DNA of 64,000 nt from the IMG/VR virus record IMGVR_UViG_3300048924_000191, positions 62,001-126,000 of that record. The stretch is one strand, 5' to 3'. The notes under the pieces are model-generated. The model searched no databases, was not told the origin of the DNA, and saw only the letters and a list, made by a program, of their open reading frames with translations. This document shows, piece after piece, positions 46,596 through 56,120 of the stretch (position 1 is the first letter of the stretch; each line of letters starts with the position of its first letter). The translations under genes and the position numbers were made by a program.

Positions 46596-47167
46596 TAAAG
46601 ACCTCGTTCGGACATGGTCCCGAAAGCATCCGGGAATTTCTTGTTGACGTTATCGAGCAAAGCAAACATCGGTTCTGCTCGATGACCGATTTTGTTCAAC
46701 GACTTGATTGGGTCGAAGTACGGGCTGGTGCGTTTACCGCTCTGCTTGCGCGTCATGGTGTCGAACCACTGAATGAGTAGGTCCACAGGCACTTGCAGAC
46801 GCATGCAGGTGTACATCAACCGCACGGCTTTGGCACCAAGGATATCGCCGTCCTGAATCGCCCAGGACTCACTGAGAAAGAGCGTCGCTGCGTTCTCCAT
46901 GCCGTTGGAGATCAACATGGCGTAACCGTATTCACCATGGATGTGAATCGAATCACAACCTGCATGACCATGGTTGGCCAGATAGAGGTTACGCCACTTC
47001 GGCTGGAGGGCACACAGACCGGTGTAGAAGTCAGCGGCCTGGAACGGAGCGGTGAAATCACTTCCTGGGTTCTTCAGCGTCGCATTGCAGAACAGTTGAC
47101 CAAAGTCGGTCACGGTGATCGGCAAAGCGTTCTCGATTACAGGTACAGCTACGGCAGAAAGAGCCAT
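46595..47167 (-). CDS. Hypothetical protein
   Basis: AAGGA RBS. Confidence 0.7.
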   Translation of the reverse strand: MALSAVAVPVIENALPITVTDFGQLFCNATLKNPGSDFTAPFQAADFYTGLCALQPKWRNLYLANHGHAGCDSIHIHGEYGYAMLISNGMENAATLFLSESWAIQDGDILGAKAVRLMYTCMRLQVPVDLLIQWFDTMTRKQSGKRTSPYFDPIKSLNKIGHRAEPMFALLDNVNKKFPDAFGTMSERGL

Positions 47168-47185
47168 CCTTGAAGTCCTTGTTTA

Positions 47186-48052
47186 TTAATTAGCGGCGTA
47201 GATACGCATCTTGCGATTGAAGTACTCGGTCTCACGCAGGCCACTGCTGGCAAAGACCAGAGAACGACTGGCGGAGGTCGGTTCAGGGAAACGGAGGTTG
47301 TGGTTACACAGACTCACACCGATCTCCAAATCGAGATTGTGTTCCGGTAGCGTCCCCACTCCGATTGCCAGACGTTCCAGATCGACGAGTAAGTCGAACT
47401 TATCACCGTCTTCCAACGTGACCGCGATCTTCTTGACGGAAAGTATCGAGGTGTTGTAAGCCGGTGTAGATTTCACTGCGACTTCGTTACCGGACAACCG
47501 GGTAGCACCTACAACCGTGACGTTACGGACCGAGTCTGTCTGATCGAACAGGGCCTTCGTCATGAGCGACTGCGGCTGGCGCATCTGCACTTCATCACGA
47601 GGGGCTGAGGTCGGCGATGTCGGGCGCTTAACTCCAGCATGACGTCTCTCGTACATCTGCTGGACCAAGTTATTGTCTGCGATGTTCTTGATGAAGTCAC
47701 CGAACTTAACCCCGCCGTTGACCACTTCGGCATGACTCATGTCCTTGTAGCCAAGTGCTTGCATGACCACATGTCGAGCCAAGCGTTCAGACATCTGACG
47801 ATTCGACATCACGCGCAGTTGTTTGACCAGATTGACGATCTCACGGACAGTCATCCCTGGACCAAACGCCACTTCCAGCAGAACACCACCGATGGTGTCT
47901 GGAGAAAGCTCGTTATCCTCATCGGCAATGAAACCGCCGGCGTTGTTCTTGTTCATGAACGCACGCATGTGTTCGCCCAAGGATTCTGGACGTACCTGCG
48001 CTGTGGGTTTAGAGGGTTCTTTCTGTGGCGGTAGTATCGTGATTTCAGCCAT
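47186..48052 (-). CDS. Protein with Glyoxalase_8-like HTH motif
   Basis: VKQLR......MS...A..VV.QALGYKD; AGGAG RBS. Confidence 0.55.
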   Translation of the reverse strand: MAEITILPPQKEPSKPTAQVRPESLGEHMRAFMNKNNAGGFIADEDNELSPDTIGGVLLEVAFGPGMTVREIVNLVKQLRVMSNRQMSERLARHVVMQALGYKDMSHAEVVNGGVKFGDFIKNIADNNLVQQMYERRHAGVKRPTSPTSAPRDEVQMRQPQSLMTKALFDQTDSVRNVTVVGATRLSGNEVAVKSTPAYNTSILSVKKIAVTLEDGDKFDLLVDLERLAIGVGTLPEHNLDLEIGVSLCNHNLRFPEPTSASRSLVFASSGLRETEYFNRKMRIYAAN

Positions 48053-48122
48053 GCTGGCTCCTGTATAGATGACCCGCCGAAACATCCGGCGGGAGTCTGG
48101 ATTCAATCCGGTAATGTGTGAT

Positions 48123-48656
48123 TCAATCCCGCTTGAACCTCGGCGAGAGGTGCGGGTGGAGTTCGATCACATGGTCGTACATGAAGTGTTTCTGCTCGAC
48201 CTGCTCCAGTCGCGCCAGGATGTCGTCCCACTTCACATCCTCATCCGCCGGAACAACCTGCCAGAAGTAAAACAACTTCTCGATACACGACTGGATCTCG
48301 CTCCTGAAGTCCATTGACTCCATGTGGTCCAGCGCTTCGATAACTTTGCACAGCTTGGACGTTTCGATGATGATCTCATCGTACGAGAAGCCGTTCACTA
48401 CTGGCGCATAACTACCGGTGATCTGGTAGTTGATCACGTTGGCCATCGACATCAAAACAATGATGGCGTCTACCTTGACGGCAAACTTACCTTCATCATT
48501 CTTGGCTGCTTGCTGGACCAGGTATTTGCCTTGGTACTTGGCCAGATGCAACGTCAAGTGCTTGAGCCGGTTGTGTTTGCTCAGACAGTAGATGTCCCAG
48601 TGGAAGAGCCTGTCGTGCTCCTCCTGTCGATACTGCATGTCGGCACGAATCTTCAT
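48123..48656 (-). CDS. Hypothetical all-helical protein, possibly MazG-like
   Basis: HLTLHLAKYQGK...VDAII; weak. Confidence 0.45.
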   Translation of the reverse strand: MKIRADMQYRQEEHDRLFHWDIYCLSKHNRLKHLTLHLAKYQGKYLVQQAAKNDEGKFAVKVDAIIVLMSMANVINYQITGSYAPVVNGFSYDEIIIETSKLCKVIEALDHMESMDFRSEIQSCIEKLFYFWQVVPADEDVKWDDILARLEQVEQKHFMYDHVIELHPHLSPRFKRD

Positions 48657-48919
48657 TCTTCAGGTTCCTCGGGGTGCTGTGGCGGTGGTGGCTTGACGGT
48701 CAGATCGTAATACGTGTCGGCATGTCCGCGTTGAGGATTGGTCAATTCGAAGTCGCCTGGAATGTAGACCATGCTCTCACTACAGCTGACACCGGCGGAA
48801 TTACCGCAGTGGTCCGTCTTACGGCTGCGGATGATTACTCCGCTCGGCACAATCATGGCTTCGGTTCTGTCGCGTTTCCCCTCACCGCTAGATGGGTACG
48901 TGATGTAATACCAGCGCAT
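48653..48919 (-). CDS. Hypothetical protein
   Basis: Coupled start/stop. Confidence 0.6.
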   Translation of the reverse strand: MRWYYITYPSSGEGKRDRTEAMIVPSGVIIRSRKTDHCGNSAGVSCSESMVYIPGDFELTNPQRGHADTYYDLTVKPPPPQHPEEPEE

Positions 48920-49563
48920 TATTCCACCACTTCGGTTGGTGTTGGCGATGTGTCAGCTTTGAGATTGTTGAGGACCTTCTCGACCTCTTCCTTAACGAAC
49001 ACACGGTTACCTTCGATCTTGTACCACTGGATCAGCGAGTACAGTTGACGCCATTCGACGCCAGCCTCTTCGCCAAGCTTACTCGCTTCGTCCACCGATA
49101 TCAGCGTCTTACCTTCCGTCAGCTTCTTGGCGTGGTACTCGACGCAGGTATGGAGCGTATGGCGGCACATGTGGTGATCATGACCGCGGTGGTCGAGGTA
49201 AGTGCCGGACGGCATGTACGTCTTGGCACCTTCCATGTACTCAGCCATGCGGTGGATGAAGTAAGCAATTGCCGGAGATCGCACACTACCTTCACCGCAA
49301 TGGACGATGATGTCTTCGCCCTTCTCCACGATCGGCGTTACGAAGTCGATGATCCGCTGGATATCTTCTTCCTGGATCAGGTGCTTTAAGCTGTGCTCCT
49401 GGATACCTGAGTAGTGGTTGATGAAGCCCACCTTCAACAGGTTGTGCTTAACGCTGAATTCAGCCCAAGAGCCGTACGGGTCGTTGATCGAGATCAGGTT
49501 GACCGGTGTACGAATCGATTGGGCAGTTTTCTTTGGAACGAAATAAACCTTTGGCATGTCCAT
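48919..49563 (-). CDS. Cys-based (PTP/dual-specificity-like) phosphatase
   Basis: IIVHCGEGSVRSPAIA (HCx5R). Confidence 0.8.
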   Translation of the reverse strand: MDMPKVYFVPKKTAQSIRTPVNLISINDPYGSWAEFSVKHNLLKVGFINHYSGIQEHSLKHLIQEEDIQRIIDFVTPIVEKGEDIIVHCGEGSVRSPAIAYFIHRMAEYMEGAKTYMPSGTYLDHRGHDHHMCRHTLHTCVEYHAKKLTEGKTLISVDEASKLGEEAGVEWRQLYSLIQWYKIEGNRVFVKEEVEKVLNNLKADTSPTPTEVVE

Positions 49564-49568
49564 TACTC

Positions 49569-49874
49569 CTATTTTAATAGTCCGATAACGTAGGCGATCA
49601 GGAGAGTCAGCGTACCGCCAACGATGATGTCAAGAGCAATCACCGCTCCTCTCCCCATGACGAACGACTTCTTGGTACGTTTACCGTACTTGCGTTCGTT
49701 CACCCCTTTCTTGTATCCGGCGCGATAGTCCCACCACAGTCGCCATTGACTGCGGCGGTATCGGCCAGACTGTCCGTACTTACCACTCAACCCGTCTTGA
49801 TATCCGAGCTGAATGGCGGAACGGATGCGTTGCTTGGTCTTACTCACCACTGCACCCCGATCAGTTCTTGCCAA
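49569..49874 (-). CDS. Basic protein with C-terminal TM helix
   Basis: GY.DG...Y.AGY..G pattern plus TM. Confidence 0.6.
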   Translation of the reverse strand: MARTDRGAVVSKTKQRIRSAIQLGYQDGLSGKYGQSGRYRRSQWRLWWDYRAGYKKGVNERKYGKRTKKSFVMGRGAVIALDIIVGGTLTLLIAYVIGLLK

Positions 49875-50599
49875 CGCGCTGAGATCATGTTCCAGTAGTT
49901 GGCCTCAATGCCGTCACCATAAGCTCCGACGGCATAACCGTCGTTCACCTCAACGACTGCTGTCCGGCCATCGGCCAGAACGCCAAAGTCAATGACGTAA
50001 CCGGCTGGCGCTGCGTGCTTACCGGAGAGGCGTACGACTTCAGACACTACCCCAAGATCAGGCGCTATCTTTGGGTCGCCGTCGTAAAACGACAGTGCCG
50101 TATGGCGATTATGAGTGATGTAGCAGCGCCATTCAGACACGAACTCAACCACCTCGCTCATGTACACCGGACATTGACCTGAAGCGCCGTTGAAGCGAGG
50201 ATCGTAGCTGTTGTCGGCTACGAATCCAGTGAAGCGTTTGGCAGCTTCCGGTTTGATGAAGAAGCGATGACCTTTGTCGAGGAGTTCTTTCGCACCGTTC
50301 AGTCTGAACCCAGGTGTGATCTTGCGCCGGTAATAATTCGTCAAGCAAGCCGGATAAGAAGGTTCCTCGACGTTAGCCAGCTCCTTACCGTAACGCCGGA
50401 GTGCGTGTTTGATGAACGAGATACTACCCGCCACCAAGTCATACGGTCCCAACTCGACGAAACCACGTGCCACGAGCTTCTCAGTCAATTCCTCGACCTT
50501 GATGTTGTTGCGAACGGCGTAGTCTGCGAGCAGTTGTTCTTCGCGCCCGAGTTTGCCGTTACGGCGTTCCAGGACCAGTCTGACCGGTAGTCCCTGCAT
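49844..50599 (-). CDS. ATP-grasp protein, R2K/DUF4343 type
   Basis: YP..L..Y..R, FFIKP..KRFTG, SEWR, VIDFG, VEVNDGYAVGAYG, ARW. Confidence 0.8.
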   Translation of the reverse strand: MQGLPVRLVLERRNGKLGREEQLLADYAVRNNIKVEELTEKLVARGFVELGPYDLVAGSISFIKHALRRYGKELANVEEPSYPACLTNYYRRKITPGFRLNGAKELLDKGHRFFIKPEAAKRFTGFVADNSYDPRFNGASGQCPVYMSEVVEFVSEWRCYITHNRHTALSFYDGDPKIAPDLGVVSEVVRLSGKHAAPAGYVIDFGVLADGRTAVVEVNDGYAVGAYGDGIEANYWNMISARWQELIGVQW

Positions 50600-51239
50600 T
50601 GTCGGCACCTCCTGTAATTGGCTTAGATGGGGTTTTGAAGATGTCGTTAAACACCTCACTGAAGACGCCGGAGAATATCGGCGGTGTGTACTTCCGTACG
50701 AACTCCAGATAGGTGTGTGAAGGTTTGCCCAGCTGCGTACCTTCGTCTTCGATGAAGACGGTTACGGACGTGGATTTGCGCCACTCTTCATTCGGGAAGC
50801 CGAAGTCCTTAATGAAGACGTCGCATTCGTAGGGTTCGTGCACCAGAGTGACTGCCACACGCTCGACGATTTTCATTGCGTTCTCGAACACCCAAGCGCC
50901 GCCGATGAACCACACCCACTCAGTGGCGAAGGACTTGGCAAGCGTCAGAGCTGTCTTCAGATCGAAAACGTAGTGCACTTCCGCATCAGGGTATTGTTCG
51001 CGCAGCCCTTCCCAGTATTCATAGTTGCTACCAGCGATGACGATGTTAACACGACCGTCCAGAGGCTTGCCAATCGACTCGAACGTGCGGCGACCCATGA
51101 TCACAACCTGACCCATGGTCAAGGTGCGGAAGTTCTTCAGATCGCCTTTGAGTGAGTTCCACGGCAGTTTATTGCCGAGACCGATACCACCTGCTGGAGT
51201 GGCGGCTACGATCATACCCAGTTTTGGTTCAGCCATCAC
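50559..51239 (-). CDS. folA: Dihydrofolate reductase
   Basis: GIG..NKLPW, DL..FR..T, IMGRRTFESI..PL.GR.NIV, FIGGA, CDVF. Confidence 0.92.
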   Translation of the reverse strand: MMAEPKLGMIVAATPAGGIGLGNKLPWNSLKGDLKNFRTLTMGQVVIMGRRTFESIGKPLDGRVNIVIAGSNYEYWEGLREQYPDAEVHYVFDLKTALTLAKSFATEWVWFIGGAWVFENAMKIVERVAVTLVHEPYECDVFIKDFGFPNEEWRKSTSVTVFIEDEGTQLGKPSHTYLEFVRKYTPPIFSGVFSEVFNDIFKTPSKPITGGADNAGTTGQTGPGTP

Positions 51240-51535
51240 TCAAGCTCCCGCAGAATGTAACGTTGACCAGATTTGAGCAACGGCAGCTCAATAGCAACTT
51301 CATTGAGTTTAACTTTGCCGGTCAAAGGCAGACCACCGATACTACCTTTCTCGAGATCCGACAACTCATGAACAGAGACGACGGTGGTCGGCTTTGTCGG
51401 GTGTTTGGTCGCTTCGACGCACCCTGGGAGAGCTTTCAGTCCAGCACAAACGCCGTCTGAGTCACGCCATTCGCTGGGGTCGTAGGTGGATTCCATCTCG
51501 ATGTAGATGCCGTAGAACTTCGAATTATCGCTCAT
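51236..51535 (-). CDS. Hypothetical protein
   Basis: Coupled start/stop. Confidence 0.65.
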   Translation of the reverse strand: MSDNSKFYGIYIEMESTYDPSEWRDSDGVCAGLKALPGCVEATKHPTKPTTVVSVHELSDLEKGSIGGLPLTGKVKLNEVAIELPLLKSGQRYILRELE

Positions 51536-52089
51536 GCTCTTCTCCTAGACTGTAGTGGTATTACATTTGCTGGTCTGACAATCTCGATTTCTTCTGGGAG
51601 ATACGCCCAGTAGCGGTTCCACTCGATTACCAGAATGAAATCAATCATCTTCGATCCGGTATTCAGTCCAGATCCGAAATTGAAGGCCGCGTTGACGCCG
51701 CGGACTTCCCGTGAAAGGTTTTTGATTTCCTTTAGTGCCGGACAGTCTGGGAATCGAACGAAGTAGAAGTCGTCCGACGATAGTCGTTTACGTGCAGCAA
51801 AGGACGTCAGGAGATAACGGCTGTTCTCCTCTCCCTCTCGGATACGGGTTACTTCCAGCACGTCGTGGAAGTCGTGGAACGACACCGCATAGTCAGAATG
51901 ACGAAGGTACAGGTGTTTGTCGGAGTATCCAACGATCAGTCCTGTAAACTCCTCGCCATTGTCTCGGATGACTTTGGCTTTGTGTGTCGCTGCGTTGTCT
52001 TTGACGATCTGCTCGTAGATCGCTTTGAATTCGCGGTATTGCTGACGACGAAACAAACGATTGACCATACGTCTAAAAAAGGTTTTCAT
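51532..52089 (-). CDS. Hypothetical protein with Sm/LSm-like motif, paralogue A
   Basis: NGEEFTGLIVGYSDKHLYLR. Confidence 0.6.
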   Translation of the reverse strand: MKTFFRRMVNRLFRRQQYREFKAIYEQIVKDNAATHKAKVIRDNGEEFTGLIVGYSDKHLYLRHSDYAVSFHDFHDVLEVTRIREGEENSRYLLTSFAARKRLSSDDFYFVRFPDCPALKEIKNLSREVRGVNAAFNFGSGLNTGSKMIDFILVIEWNRYWAYLPEEIEIVRPANVIPLQSRRRA

Positions 52090-52604
52090 ACTTCCTCCAG
52101 CTCCCTGCCGAACCAGGCGGTGAATTGATTTCTTGTCGAGGCATCCACAAACATCGTAAGCAGTCTGGGAATTTCCTCGCTGCGCCTGAACTTGAACAGT
52201 CGATTGGCCTCACGGCTAGCGGCGCTGTTGTGGATGATGAACGGCGCCAGATTCGTTGGGTTTTCACGTGGTGCAACTCTGTAGGTCGCGTGGTGCGAAA
52301 ACCCATAGACACTCAGTTTATCTAACGCCCTTACGTAAATTGTCTTTTGATGTTCTTTGGTCAACGTCACGAACGACAGTTCGGACTTTGGGAACTTCTG
52401 GATGGAGCGATCGTCACGACGGACATAGAGGCTATCAGAATCGTATCCCACCAATACCGCAGCGAGTCTACCTTCCCCTTTCGACGCGATGCATGCAGTG
52501 TACTCAGGGACATCTTCTTTGATGTAGGACTCCAACCACGCATCTAGTCTTCGGAACTTTCTCTTGGCGCGCCATCGCCTGAACTTACCCAGTAAGGTGA
52601 GCAT
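52086..52604 (-). CDS. Hypothetical protein with Sm/LSm-like motif, paralogue B
   Basis: LAAVLVGYDSDSLYVR. Confidence 0.6.
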   Translation of the reverse strand: MLTLLGKFRRWRAKRKFRRLDAWLESYIKEDVPEYTACIASKGEGRLAAVLVGYDSDSLYVRRDDRSIQKFPKSELSFVTLTKEHQKTIYVRALDKLSVYGFSHHATYRVAPRENPTNLAPFIIHNSAASREANRLFKFRRSEEIPRLLTMFVDASTRNQFTAWFGRELEEV

Positions 52605-52634
52605 AGACTTCCCCTGTAATTTAGGTTATTACGA

Positions 52635-52666
52635 CATACAGCGCGGGGATGTCCCCGCGCTGTATG
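52635..52666. terminator. CATACAG...CTGTATG hairpin terminator
   Basis: Perfect stem. Confidence 0.85.
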
Positions 52667-52894
52667 CTACTTCATGTGCGGTTGTTCGAAGAACGTCTTC
52701 ACGGCATGGTCTACGCCTTGCTGTTCGTAAGACTTGCCTTCTTTCGGCGGACGACCTTCCAATTTACGCCATTCTTTATCCAGATGATCGAGATGTTTGT
52801 TCAACTCGATGAACTCTTTCTTCCGATAAAGTTCCAGACCGTGAGAACCTGGCACCAGCCAAATGTCGCCGTACTTCACTGCGTCTCGGTACAT
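52667..52894 (-). CDS. Hypothetical protein
   Basis: AAGGGG RBS. Confidence 0.6.
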   Translation of the reverse strand: MYRDAVKYGDIWLVPGSHGLELYRKKEFIELNKHLDHLDKEWRKLEGRPPKEGKSYEQQGVDHAVKTFFEQPHMK

Positions 52895-52897
52895 GGG

Positions 52898-53329
52898 TTA
52901 CCCCTTGACGGTTATGAGGATATCCTCGTCCTTGTATTCATCAGCGTTCCACTTCTCGAGGAATTCGTGCAAGTCTGCCATGGTCTTCGGACGACTGACC
53001 AAGAAATACGCAGGAAGTTTTTTGGTCTGACTGAGAATGCTGATGGCGTACCCAACTGCGTTCAGATCGACATCCGTCCAAGAAGCGATCTTCTTACCGA
53101 GATTCTCGATTGCTTCGATGACAGTACTGCCGGAAGCAACAGGGAACCAGCTGTCGTCAGTCCACAGACCGTACAACTCCCATCGACTTTCACCGTTCAT
53201 GTCGTTCACGCTGTCGAGGATAGAATCGTCATCGATACCTTCAACACAGACGACATACCCGCAGCCGTAACGATGTTCTACGATACTGAGTTGCTTACCG
53301 TAGAGTTGTAGAAGTTCTTCGACTTTCAT
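52898..53329 (-). CDS. Hypothetical protein
   Basis: AAGGAG RBS before MKVEE. Confidence 0.65.
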   Translation of the reverse strand: MKVEELLQLYGKQLSIVEHRYGCGYVVCVEGIDDDSILDSVNDMNGESRWELYGLWTDDSWFPVASGSTVIEAIENLGKKIASWTDVDLNAVGYAISILSQTKKLPAYFLVSRPKTMADLHEFLEKWNADEYKDEDILITVKG

Positions 53330-53333
53330 GCCG

Positions 53334-53615
53334 TCACTCCTTCCAGCGAGTTTGGCGCTCCAGTAGAGCTTTGGTACCTTCTGCCATGTTCTTACGAATA
53401 CGACCAAGCGCTTCGGAAGTAGGTTTGGCTTGGAGCGCTTTGATCATCTCGTCAGACATCGGTCTGTCGCGCATGATGTATTTCTCGCCGACCTTGATGT
53501 CGTCACCGAGCATGAGTTTCATACCTTCGATGTTCTTCTTGGTGATGGTGAAGTACTTCTGCGAAGCGAAGTGATCGCGCAGATTACGGAACTTGCCTTT
53601 GCTAATACGTGCCAT
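53334..53615 (-). CDS. Hypothetical basic protein
   Basis: AGGAG RBS before MARISK. Confidence 0.65.
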   Translation of the reverse strand: MARISKGKFRNLRDHFASQKYFTITKKNIEGMKLMLGDDIKVGEKYIMRDRPMSDEMIKALQAKPTSEALGRIRKNMAEGTKALLERQTRWKE

Positions 53616-53685
53616 TTTTACTCCTAATCGTTGGTATCGAGGTTCGGCCATTCCGAACCTCTTCCGAATCAACTGTATCTTTGGG

Positions 53686-55296
53686 TCAAACGGCGATAGG
53701 GATGTGAATGTCCTTACCTGGGATGTAGCCATAGACCTCGACGCCGTCAGCGGTGATATCGTCGATGTTGGTGAATTGCTGCTTGAAGCGAATGCGTGGA
53801 TCACACTCGACGTCAGAACCGCAGTCCAACATCTCTTCCATCGCCTCCACCTGGTTGGCGTAGACGTGAGCATCCACACCTAGGGTCACCAGCTCGTCGG
53901 CTTCCATGTTTACGACATGGGCAATCGAGTGTAGCAGGTAGGCGTACTGGATGACGTTGAAAACTGCGCCAGCAGGGACGTCATTACTGCGCAGCAACAC
54001 GAAGCCGGAGATCGCCCGAGTCGGCAGGTTGTTGGCCTTGATGTACTCGAGGATCTTTTCCTTGGCTGTTTCTTTGTCGGAGAAGAGATCTTCGTTCAGA
54101 CGACCTTCCGCGTCTCGGTGCGTGTTGAGATACGCTTGGAACAGACCGCGGTTCTCGAGCATACCTTCGAGCTCCGAGAAGTCCATTTCCCACGACACCA
54201 CCTGGAAGTACAGATGGCAGGGCGGGAGAGCTGCTTGCCAGATACGTCCTGGGTTCCAGGCGATCATGAGCATGCGGCGATCGTCAGGGTTGGTTTTGAG
54301 CGCATTGACGATGTTCTGCAGTTGGTCGATCTCGCGGTGCATGACCATACGGCCGCTGTCCCAACCGATACCTTCCTGGAGCACACCAAGGTTTTCGTAA
54401 CCTTGATCGCGGTAAGCTTGCACCAGAGCCAGATCACTGCCATTCACCAGTTGTGTGTCTTGCCACTTCCGCCACTGGACACCGTAGCTACCTTCACCGA
54501 TGGAAGCATCGAGCAATCGGTACTTCGGCACTTCAAGCTGATCGAGGATGTGAACCACCGTCGATACCTTCTCAGGATCGATGAAGTGTTCTTCGAAGTC
54601 TTGCGCCTCCGGGTTCCAGACCGTGACCTTGACCGGGTTCTCCTCCGCAAACATCGCGGCAGCTTCGATGATGCGCGGATAGATGATGTTCCATTTCACG
54701 CCGTTGTTCTTCGATACGCGGGAGAGTCGCTTCTTGAGCGAGACTTCCTCACCACCACCGACCTTGACTTCGGTAGGTACGCCGAATTTGTCCAGGGCGG
54801 TGTGGAGCATTTCGATACCGGTTTGGGTAACGTTGTTCCACTCGAACTGTTCGCCACCCAGCGTGAAGACGAAGTGAGTCGAACCGATCATCGACTTCGA
54901 ACTCTCGTACATGTCGATAAGTGCACGGATGTTGCGGACCTGCTCAGGATCGGTCAGGTAACCAACGCGGTCTTCGAGACGCACTTTCTCGAAGCGTGGG
55001 ACGTCGTACACCGCAGTGCCTGGAATGAACCAGCTGTCCCAGATACCGATCTTGCGATCGCACAGTGGTTTGATCGACGGATTGCCGGTCTTGAACATGT
55101 CCATCTCAACGAGACTGTTCATGTAGCGAACCAGGCGGGTGGACAGGATCGGCATACGCAGGCCGCCGAGAGAGAAGCGCATCATTTGCGCAAACAGCAT
55201 GTGGGTGCCGTGACCGGTACGCGACGACTTCCAGTGGCCGTAGTTCATGACCGCTGCGGTCAGTTGATGCAGTTGCGAATCAGCAGGGTTCAGCAT
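53686..55296 (-). CDS. thyA: Thymidylate synthase with large insertions
   Basis: RTG.GT, IWDSW, YGVQWR.W, DQL, NPDDRR, AWNP, ALPPCH, RSND, FN, DAHVY. Confidence 0.92.
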   Translation of the reverse strand: MLNPADSQLHQLTAAVMNYGHWKSSRTGHGTHMLFAQMMRFSLGGLRMPILSTRLVRYMNSLVEMDMFKTGNPSIKPLCDRKIGIWDSWFIPGTAVYDVPRFEKVRLEDRVGYLTDPEQVRNIRALIDMYESSKSMIGSTHFVFTLGGEQFEWNNVTQTGIEMLHTALDKFGVPTEVKVGGGEEVSLKKRLSRVSKNNGVKWNIIYPRIIEAAAMFAEENPVKVTVWNPEAQDFEEHFIDPEKVSTVVHILDQLEVPKYRLLDASIGEGSYGVQWRKWQDTQLVNGSDLALVQAYRDQGYENLGVLQEGIGWDSGRMVMHREIDQLQNIVNALKTNPDDRRMLMIAWNPGRIWQAALPPCHLYFQVVSWEMDFSELEGMLENRGLFQAYLNTHRDAEGRLNEDLFSDKETAKEKILEYIKANNLPTRAISGFVLLRSNDVPAGAVFNVIQYAYLLHSIAHVVNMEADELVTLGVDAHVYANQVEAMEEMLDCGSDVECDPRIRFKQQFTNIDDITADGVEVYGYIPGKDIHIPIAV

Positions 55297-55342
55297 GGTG
55301 GAGACTCTCCTTTAAGGGTATCCTATTTTACGAAGTCGTAAC

Positions 55343-55382
55343 AAAATAAAGACAGCGTGGGCGGGGACTCCGGTCCCCGCTT
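55343..55382 (-). terminator. Hairpin terminator
   Basis: GCGGGGAC/GTCCCCGC followed by T-rich run. Confidence 0.7.
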
Positions 55383-55385
55383 CGC

Positions 55386-55562
55386 TCAGTAGCCGTTGTC
55401 TTCTTCGTCGGCTGCAGTTGGCCAGCGATAGCTGGGCATGGTGCGCAGATCAACACCGCCGTTACGCTCGGCAGCTTCATCCATAAGCTGCTGCGCTGCT
55501 GCGTCGACAGGATCGATGGCCTTCTCTTCTTCGTCGAAGAAAGGTTCGTTGTTACGGTTCAT
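55386..55562 (-). CDS. 58-aa acidic protein (not in ORF track)
   Basis: MNRNNEPFFDEEEKAIDPVDAAAQQLMDEAAERNGGVDLRTMPSYRWPTAADEEDNGY; AAGGAA RBS. Confidence 0.7.
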   Translation of the reverse strand: MNRNNEPFFDEEEKAIDPVDAAAQQLMDEAAERNGGVDLRTMPSYRWPTAADEEDNGY

Positions 55563-55633
55563 GGTGTACTTCCTTTATGTTGCGAGATAGGTGGATTACA
55601 TTTCACTCTCGTAATGTGTGAGTGAAAACCGTT

Positions 55634-56056
55634 TTACTTTGCGACCGAGTTGAAGAACCCGATGAGTTCCATGACCTCGAGGACGGTCAGTTCTTTGTAG
55701 ACCTCCAACACTGCAGCCGCTTCTTTGATCTTGCCCTCGCGGATGAGCTCCCTCCACGGATAAGTCTTACCATCGATCGATTCACGATCGCGGATGTACT
55801 GGACGTTGGCAAGTACCTCCATCATGCTACCGACGGAGTGAGCACGGATGCGCAGGTGGCGACCGACAGATCCCACGTTGTACGGCACACGCATCATGTC
55901 AGGTCGTGGGCCCTGACGGTTAAACAGATCGGTGAAACGAGTATCTGCATTGTTGGCGGCATCTATCGTCAACTTGGCCATTTCCTCCAAGGCATCGACA
56001 ATAGTGTTGGTAAGCTCGGTCATGCGGCCGGCAGCTTGGGTGGTGAAGTCTTGCAT
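55634..56056 (-). CDS. Hypothetical protein
   Basis: GGAG RBS. Confidence 0.7.
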   Translation of the reverse strand: MQDFTTQAAGRMTELTNTIVDALEEMAKLTIDAANNADTRFTDLFNRQGPRPDMMRVPYNVGSVGRHLRIRAHSVGSMMEVLANVQYIRDRESIDGKTYPWRELIREGKIKEAAAVLEVYKELTVLEVMELIGFFNSVAK

Positions 56057-56077
56057 GTTGTTTTACTCCCGTGTGCG

Positions 56078-56113
56078 GCATAAAGAACCAGGAGTAGCCG
56101 AAGCTACCCCTGG
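56078..56113 (-). terminator. Hairpin terminator plus TTTATGCCG
   Basis: CCAGG(A)GTAGC/GCTAC(C)CCTGG. Confidence 0.75.
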
Positions 56114-56120
56114 CGGAAAA

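Noticed and set aside
54020-54990. Intein or intron in thyA
   Set aside because: Frame is continuous; no intein C...HN-C/S/T ends or homing-endonuclease motifs seen.
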